Shown here: one piece after another, positions 25,385 through 30,013 of the stretch | Layout of the letters: every line of letters starts with the position of its first letter | Position numbering within the stretch: position 1 is the stretch's first letter | NCBI GenBank assembly: GCA_041662745.1 | Contig: JBAZRV010000001.1 | Location: 90,001 to 122,000, forward strand | DNA: 32,000 nt | Direction: 5' to 3' | From: Patescibacteria group bacterium | GTDB lineage: Bacteria > Patescibacteriota > Patescibacteriia > 2-01-FULL-39-33 | The notes under the pieces: model-generated | Seen by the model: only the letters and a program-made list of their open reading frames with translations | Told to the model about the DNA's origin: nothing | Databases searched by the model: none | Program-made: the position numbers and the translations under genes

Positions 25385-25492
25385 ATGGCTAAAAAGAAAA
25401 AAGCAAAGAAGAAGGTCGCGAAAAAGACCGTAAAGAAGGCTGCAAAGAAACCGGCAAAGAAAAAGAAAGCTGCCAAAAGAAAGAAGAAATAA
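25385..25492 (+). CDS. 35-aa Lys/Ala-rich micro-protein (histone-H1-tail-like composition)
   Basis: Not in the track (<60 aa). ATG 25385 is preceded by GGGAGGTGA (SD). Translation: MAKKKKAKKKVAKKTVKKAAKKPAKKKKAAKRKKK*. It is bracketed by a promoter element and a strong terminator. Confidence 0.6.
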   Translation: MAKKKKAKKKVAKKTVKKAAKKPAKKKKAAKRKKK

Positions 25493-25508
25493 AAATTTTC
25501 TCAAGGGA

Positions 25509-25540
25509 AAAATCCCCTCTCTGCAGAAGGGGATTTTTTC
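25509..25540. terminator. bidirectional terminator between the micro-ORF and the convergent PHP-nuclease gene
   Basis: AATCCCCT-(9 nt)-AGGGGATT with a T-run on the plus strand and a complementary A-run (T5 on the minus strand) on the other side. Confidence 0.7.
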
Positions 25541-25564
25541 TTTGGCAAAATTTTATTTTAAATT

Positions 25565-26809
25565 TTAAAATAATTCTTTTTGCTCGGCCGGAGACCGGGT
25601 ATTTTTTATCTTTATCCTGCCGAAGATGCCGTCATAACCGGCGGCGATTTCCACTTGGCCCTGACGCATGGCGATTATGGCCTCGGTGATTTCCGGCAGG
25701 GTGATCTTATTCAATTCTGCCGAAGATGCGTCCAATAATATGGCGAATTCATTGGCATGACTGATCAAATTAAAATATTCTTTCCGGACTTTTTTGGAAT
25801 TTTTCCCCACCCCCGAGACGGCAGCGATTATTTCTTGCAAAGGAACTAAATTTTTGTAAGGGATAAAATCATCGATTGCGATTTCTTGCCGATCGGCCAA
25901 GGAGTTGACCCGATTAAGAACGCCCAGAGTAAGCGGTTTGCCGCACTTCGGGCATCTATTGTCCAGTTGCCGGCTTTTCTCCGGCTCGCAAGAAAAACCG
26001 CACACGGCGTGACCGTCAATATGATACTTTCCTTCCTCGGGAAAAAATTCTACTGTCATTAAAAACCTTTTGCGATCTTTTTCTTTTATTATTCTTCTCA
26101 GCTCCTGATAAGAAAATTTATTTTCACTAAAATCAAAAACATTAGCTTCGCGTCCGAGATTGGCCGGTGAATGCGCGTCGGAATTGGAAAGCAGAGTTAA
26201 CCGATCCAATTTTGACAAACGCCAATTCATCGCCGGATCGGAAGATAGGCCCGTTTCCAACGCAAAAATTTTCGGCGTCAATTCTTCAAAACATTCTTCC
26301 AGCGAATCAAAGCCGGATTTTGATCCGAACACGGCAAACCATGGCGTCCAAATATGCGCGGGAAAGACAATAATATTTTCATCAACCGCAAAAGCCAGGC
26401 GTGCCAATTCTTTGGCTGGTAGGCCGATAATCGGCCGGCCGTCTGATTTTAGGTTGCAACCGCGATTAATTAACTCTTGAATCAGCTTTTCCGCCGCCTC
26501 AATTGACGGCAAAAGCAAGCAGGTATGGATGCGCCGGCATTTTCCGCCTTGAGTATAGATACAGCTGATTTCTCCGCCCAAAACAAACCTAACCGCGGAA
26601 GAACCGTCCTTAAGCTGAAAAAATCCCGGTTCCGCCGAAATCAATTCTTCTTTAATTGATTTAAACCAGGCCGGATGAGTAAAATCACCGGTAGCAACTA
26701 AGTCGATGCCCTTATGCTCGCACCATTTGGCAATATTGGGCAAGGTCAATTCCCGGCTGCAGCCGCGGGAATATTTTGAGTGGATGTGTAAATCAGCAAT
26801 GACTTTCAT
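25565..26809 (-). CDS. PHP-domain nuclease, endonuclease Q (EndoQ)-like
   Basis: 414-aa protein. The N-terminal PHP signature is ADLHIHSKYSRGCS...LVATGDFTHPAWF, with later HIW, SNSDAHS and Y-H-I-D-G-H metal-ligand-like motifs. It has a Cys4 cluster (C-G-F-S-C ... C-P-K-C) followed by LTLGVLNRV. This PHP plus Zn-finger layout is as I remember EndoQ. Confidence 0.55.
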   Translation of the reverse strand: MKVIADLHIHSKYSRGCSRELTLPNIAKWCEHKGIDLVATGDFTHPAWFKSIKEELISAEPGFFQLKDGSSAVRFVLGGEISCIYTQGGKCRRIHTCLLLPSIEAAEKLIQELINRGCNLKSDGRPIIGLPAKELARLAFAVDENIIVFPAHIWTPWFAVFGSKSGFDSLEECFEELTPKIFALETGLSSDPAMNWRLSKLDRLTLLSNSDAHSPANLGREANVFDFSENKFSYQELRRIIKEKDRKRFLMTVEFFPEEGKYHIDGHAVCGFSCEPEKSRQLDNRCPKCGKPLTLGVLNRVNSLADRQEIAIDDFIPYKNLVPLQEIIAAVSGVGKNSKKVRKEYFNLISHANEFAILLDASSAELNKITLPEITEAIIAMRQGQVEIAAGYDGIFGRIKIKNTRSPAEQKELF

Positions 26810-26818
26810 AATATTAAT

Positions 26819-26847
26819 ATACTAACAAGTCGGCGGTTTTAAAGCAA
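26819..26847 (-). promoter_or_regulatory. candidate promoter abutting the EndoQ-like start codon (leaderless-type arrangement)
   Basis: The minus strand reads TTGCTT-17 nt-TAGTAT, with 9 nt between the -10 hexamer and the ATG at 26809. No SD. Confidence 0.4.
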
Positions 26848-26850
26848 TAT

Positions 26851-26876
26851 TAAAACCGGAGAAACAAGCTCTCCGG
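26851..26876 (-). terminator. rho-independent terminator of the lipoprotein operon
   Basis: The minus strand reads CCGGAGAG-CTTGT-TTCTCCGG followed by TTTTAA. Confidence 0.65.
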
Positions 26877-26892
26877 CTAAAAGGTACAGTTT

Positions 26893-27075
26893 CTATGTCA
26901 TAATCACATGCAATGTCAAAGAGGCGAGAAAAAAAGCGGCAGCCAGAGCGATTGTAATGATTAACTTCTTAAAATTTTCTTCTGTCATCTCGTCTGGGTC
27001 AAACTGTCCCGCCGAAAAAAACAAAAATGCAATTCCTACAAAAAACAACAATGTTGTTAAGACGAATATAAGCAT
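26893..27075 (-). CDS. small 2-TM membrane protein (60 aa), hypothetical
   Basis: Strong SD (AAGGAGGAATGAC-ATG). Two hydrophobic helices flank an acidic loop (DPDEMTEENFKK). Confidence 0.6.
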   Translation of the reverse strand: MLIFVLTTLLFFVGIAFLFFSAGQFDPDEMTEENFKKLIITIALAAAFFLASLTLHVIMT

Positions 27076-27086
27076 GTCATTCCTCC

Positions 27087-28076
27087 TTATTGGTTGCGCC
27101 CATTGCTGTGTTTGCCGTTATTCATAGGACGAGCGGGCTTGGATCGATTAACCGACGTACTGCGTTGGGACGACCGGGCGGGTGACACATTGGGCGTCGG
27201 CCGAGACGAACGAGTAGGTACTGCCGCTCTTGCCGGCGCATTGCGTTGCGGCGATCGGATCGGCGACGTACTGCGTGTTGTCGGTCTGGCCGGAGTTACC
27301 GCTCTTGCCGGTGACGACTGCCGCGACGGCGATACGTGAGAGGGTTGCCGCGACGGCGTCTGACGCAAGGAGGGCGAATGGGTGTTGGGATTGCTATATT
27401 GTTGCCTGGGTGTAACCGGTCGGACAGTTTGGGGCGTGCTACGCATTGGCCTGGCCGGAGTTACCGCTCTTGCCGGTGACGATTGCCGGGACGGCGATAC
27501 GTGAGACGGTTGTCGCGACGGCGATACGTGAGACGGTTGTCGCGACGGCGTCACGGAATGATTAATACCGGAACCGCCATGGGGCGTCTGTTGCCGTGGC
27601 GGTTCGCGCCTCGGTGGCGACACATGGAATGGTTGTCCGTGCCGTGGCGGTTCGCGCCTCGGTGGCGAAGAATATGATCTCGGTTGATGATGATTTATCA
27701 AAACACCATGAATGCCGACATTTACATCAACGTGGCCGTAATGATGGCCGGGCGATCGATGGAAGTGGCTGCGGTAATAAGGCGTCGGACGCCAATAATA
27801 ATTCAATACCACATGATCAATCGGCACCGGGCGGACCCATACGGTATCCACGCCAAAATAAACACGGTGCGTAACGCCTCCGGCAACATAATAATAGTGA
27901 TCGGGGTCAGGATAAACCACTTCTTCCGTAACAAACGTTTCCTTGGTAACGGTCGTTACGCCATTTTCCGATGTGGTGGTTATAACCGTTTCCACTCTTC
28001 GGTTGGTGGCGCAACCCAAAGACAGTGTCAAAGCGGATACCAGAATAATACACAAAACTGCGGCTGACTTTTTCAT
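27087..28076 (-). CDS. lipoprotein with a His/Tyr-rich globular N-domain and a long Pro/Arg/Ser/Thr-rich repetitive tail
   Basis: 329-aa protein with SD AAAGGAG 6 nt upstream. The signal peptide ends in a lipobox-like LSLGC. The tail contains SPPRREPPR x2, PSRQPSHVS x3 and SRQSSPARAVTPARP x2, and is extremely basic. Confidence 0.7.
   Translation of the reverse strand: MKKSAAVLCIILVSALTLSLGCATNRRVETVITTTSENGVTTVTKETFVTEEVVYPDPDHYYYVAGGVTHRVYFGVDTVWVRPVPIDHVVLNYYWRPTPYYRSHFHRSPGHHYGHVDVNVGIHGVLINHHQPRSYSSPPRREPPRHGQPFHVSPPRREPPRQQTPHGGSGINHSVTPSRQPSHVSPSRQPSHVSPSRQSSPARAVTPARPMRSTPQTVRPVTPRQQYSNPNTHSPSLRQTPSRQPSHVSPSRQSSPARAVTPARPTTRSTSPIRSPQRNAPARAAVPTRSSRPTPNVSPARSSQRSTSVNRSKPARPMNNGKHSNGRNQ
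27286..27552 (-). repeat. intragenic DNA repeats encoding the PSRQPSHV / SRQSSPARAVTPARP units
   Basis: The ~75-bp block 27286-27360 recurs at 27451-27552 with a few substitutions. The second copy contains a tandem duplication of the 27-bp unit CGCGACGGCGATACGTGAGACGGTTGT (two copies, 27487-27513 and 27514-27540). A further 28-bp repeat GCCGTGGCGGTTCGCGCCTCGGTGGCGA occurs twice at about 27593-27670. Confidence 0.85.
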
Positions 28077-28092
28077 TTGCGGCTCCTTTCGG

Positions 28093-28299
28093 TTAGGCCT
28101 TCACATCAAAAATATTTCTTATCGGCCGAACAACTGCGGGTTGCCCGTCACTTCTCTGCTTCTTTTTCGCAAAAGGGCTTAAGTCATGGTAACAAGCAAA
28201 ACAAGTCTGATTCTTACGATCATAAATCCTGGCTAAACGGCCGCACCGGCCGCATCTTTCCGGCTCAATAAACGGCAATTTATCCATAAGCATCTCCAT
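28093..28299 (-). CDS. zinc-ribbon protein (64-68 aa), hypothetical
   Basis: CGRCG...(16 aa)...CFAC, two CxxC knuckles, with a basic C-terminus. The start is either 28299 or the ATG at 28287 (GGAG 6 nt upstream). Its stop lies within the SD region of the lipoprotein gene. Confidence 0.5.
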   Translation of the reverse strand: MEMLMDKLPFIEPERCGRCGRLARIYDRKNQTCFACYHDLSPFAKKKQRSDGQPAVVRPIRNIFDVKA

Positions 28300-28448
28300 T
28301 GTTAAGGTTCAATTAATACTGAATTGTATCATAACGCTAAAAAATTGTCAACAGTAATTGCCAATAATTAATTTATAGACAATGGGAGCGATTTCCTATT
28401 TGGCAATTTAATTGCTAAAATGCAGTTATTAAATAAATCAAAAAAAAT

Positions 28449-29294
28449 ATGAAAATCCTGATTATTGGCAATGGCTATATTGGCAGCCGCTGCGCCCAAG
28501 AATGGGGGAACGAGGCCATCCTATCGGATAAAATTATTAATTCAACTGAAGACGCTACTGATATTTTAGAAAAGTTTTGCCCGGATGCGGTTTTAAACGC
28601 GGCGGGAATTGTCGGTAAGCCGAATGTTGACTGGTGCGAGGCTAATCAATTGGAAACAATCAAAGGCAATACCCTATTACCTCTTATAATTGCCTCGGCC
28701 TGCGCGCAAAAAAACATTTATTTGCTGCACATTGGCAGTGGCTGTATTTTTTATGGCCAATCTCCCGAACCAAAAGGCTGGAAAGAAACTGATTTCGCTA
28801 ATCCGGAAGTAGTTTATACAAAATCAAAATATGCGGCCGACCTGGCCTTAATGAATCTGTCTAACGTCGGCATTGCTAGAATCAGGATGCCCATCGATAG
28901 CCTGCCTTATCGTGGCAACTTGATTGATAAGTTAGCTGCTTATAAACAAGTCATTGACGTGGAAAACAGCGTAACTGTAATTGAAGACATGATAAAAATT
29001 TTTTATCAATTACTATCAAAAAGGGCTAGGGGCATTTTTCATGTCACTAACCCCGGAAGCATCAAACACAAGGAGATCCTTAATTTATATCGAGAGTTGG
29101 TTGATCCGCAACATGAAAATAGCTGGATTAATGAAGCTGACTTGGTCAACCTGGGACTAGCGGTAAAGAAACGTTCTAGTAATATTCTGCAGTCAAAAAA
29201 CTTGGCTGATTTAGGCATCGCCATGAGGCCAATTAAAGAAGCTTTAAGGCAAACCCTGATTGACTATGCTAAAAACAGGCGCTCGGATTCTTGA
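28449..29294 (+). CDS. NAD(P)-dependent sugar-nucleotide 4-keto-reductase/epimerase of the RmlD / NRS-ER (UDP/dTDP-4-keto-rhamnose 3,5-epimerase-4-reductase) type
   Basis: 281-aa protein. Rossmann start MKILIIGNGYIGS and catalytic YTKSKYAADL (YxxxK). The blocks GKPNVDWCE, IRMPI, ENSVTVIEDM and GIFHVTNPGSIKHKEILNLYRELVDP closely resemble the plant NRS/ER protein as I recall it (GRPNVDWCE, VRMPI, PNSMTVLDEL, GIWNFTNPGVVSHNEILEMYRDYINP). Confidence 0.7.
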   Translation: MKILIIGNGYIGSRCAQEWGNEAILSDKIINSTEDATDILEKFCPDAVLNAAGIVGKPNVDWCEANQLETIKGNTLLPLIIASACAQKNIYLLHIGSGCIFYGQSPEPKGWKETDFANPEVVYTKSKYAADLALMNLSNVGIARIRMPIDSLPYRGNLIDKLAAYKQVIDVENSVTVIEDMIKIFYQLLSKRARGIFHVTNPGSIKHKEILNLYRELVDPQHENSWINEADLVNLGLAVKKRSSNILQSKNLADLGIAMRPIKEALRQTLIDYAKNRRSDS

Positions 29295-29319
29295 CTTTTT
29301 ATTAAAAATTCAGTAAACT
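29291..29319 (+). promoter_or_regulatory. candidate promoter for the tRNA-Pro array transcript
   Basis: TTGACT-17 nt-TAAACT, overlapping the stop codon of the reductase gene. I found no comparable promoter closer to the intact tRNA-Pro. Confidence 0.45.
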
Positions 29320-29340
29320 GCAATAGTAAATTAGGATATT

Positions 29341-29837
29341 AGGTGAGGACGTAGTACCTGCCTACCGGCAGGCAGGCGCGCCCATGGTATCATAGCGGAA
29401 GTAAAATCGGGGTGGAGTATGTCGGTAGTACCTGCCTACCGGCAGGCAGGCGCGCCCATGGGGTGGTTTAAAATCCATCAAAGATTTTAAAAGGTTAGAA
29501 GTGAAATAAGCGCGAGAGCGCGAAATTGAACGATCAAAAATATGCCAGTGACATATTTTTGCTAACCCTGGACGAGCTGAGCGAGAGCGAAACGAGGTTT
29601 AACTAAATACCGAAAACAAAATCGGGGTGGAGTATGTCGGTAGTACCTGCCTACCGGCAGGCAGGCGCGCCCATGGGGTGGTTTAAAATCCATCAAAGAT
29701 TTTAAAAGGTTAGAAGTGAAATAAGCGCGAGAGCGCGAAATTGAACGATCAAAAATATGCCAGTGACATATTTTTGCTAACCCTGGACGAGCTGAGCGAG
29801 AGCGAAGCGAGGTTTAACTAAATACCGAAAACAAAAT
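29341..29837 (+). repeat. tandem array of tRNA-Pro 5'-half pseudo-copies: one truncated unit (29341-29407) plus two 215-bp units (29408-29622, 29623-29837)
   Basis: The two 215-bp units differ at one position (29592 A versus 29807 G). Each starts with CGGGGTGGAGTATGTCGGTAGTA (tRNA-Pro positions 1-23), then a 20-nt near-palindrome CCTGCCTACCGGCAGGCAGG absent from the intact gene. Next comes CGCGCCCATGGGGTGG (anticodon stem-loop), then about 156 nt of unique sequence with several hairpins. The leftmost unit keeps the palindrome and anticodon segment but has an internal deletion. Confidence 0.9.
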
Positions 29838-29908
29838 CGGGGTGGAGTATGTCGGTAGTACGCGCCCATGGGGTGGGTGTAGACGGGGTTCAATTCCCCG
29901 CACCCCGA
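29838..29908 (+). tRNA. tRNA-Pro (anticodon GGG), CCA not encoded
   Basis: CGGGGTG-GA-GTAT-GTCGGTA-GTAC-G-CGCCC-ATGGGGT-GGGTG-TAGA-CGGGG-TTCAATT-CCCCG-CACCCCG-A. All four stems pair (one G-U in the anticodon stem and one in the D stem). The anticodon loop is identical to E. coli proL. Confidence 0.85.
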
Positions 29909-29917
29909 CATTATTAA

Positions 29918-29955
29918 GAATCAAAAAAATCCCTAAACTGGGATTTTTTTGATTC
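29918..29955. terminator. bidirectional terminator between tRNA-Pro and the convergent surface-protein gene
   Basis: GAATCAAAAAAATCCC-TAAACT-GGGATTTTTTTGATTC, a 16-bp stem containing A7/T7 runs. Confidence 0.75.
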
Positions 29956-30013
29956 TAAAACTTTAGTGATACCGATAACCAAAAATATAATAAGTTAAGA
30001 TAAACAGAACAGT

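Noticed and set aside
27094-28182. Seven short plus-strand ORFs (61-127 aa) antisense to the lipoprotein gene.
   Set aside because: They are fragmented across three frames and Arg/Gly/Trp-rich, as expected for the antisense of a Pro/Arg/Ser-coding GC-rich repeat. The minus-strand ORF is continuous (329 aa) with an SD, signal peptide and lipobox.
29341-29837. Whether the regularly spaced repeats upstream of tRNA-Pro form a CRISPR array.
   Set aside because: The entire 215-bp unit is repeated (one mismatch), so there are no variable spacers. The repeat starts with tRNA-Pro sequence, and no cas genes are nearby.
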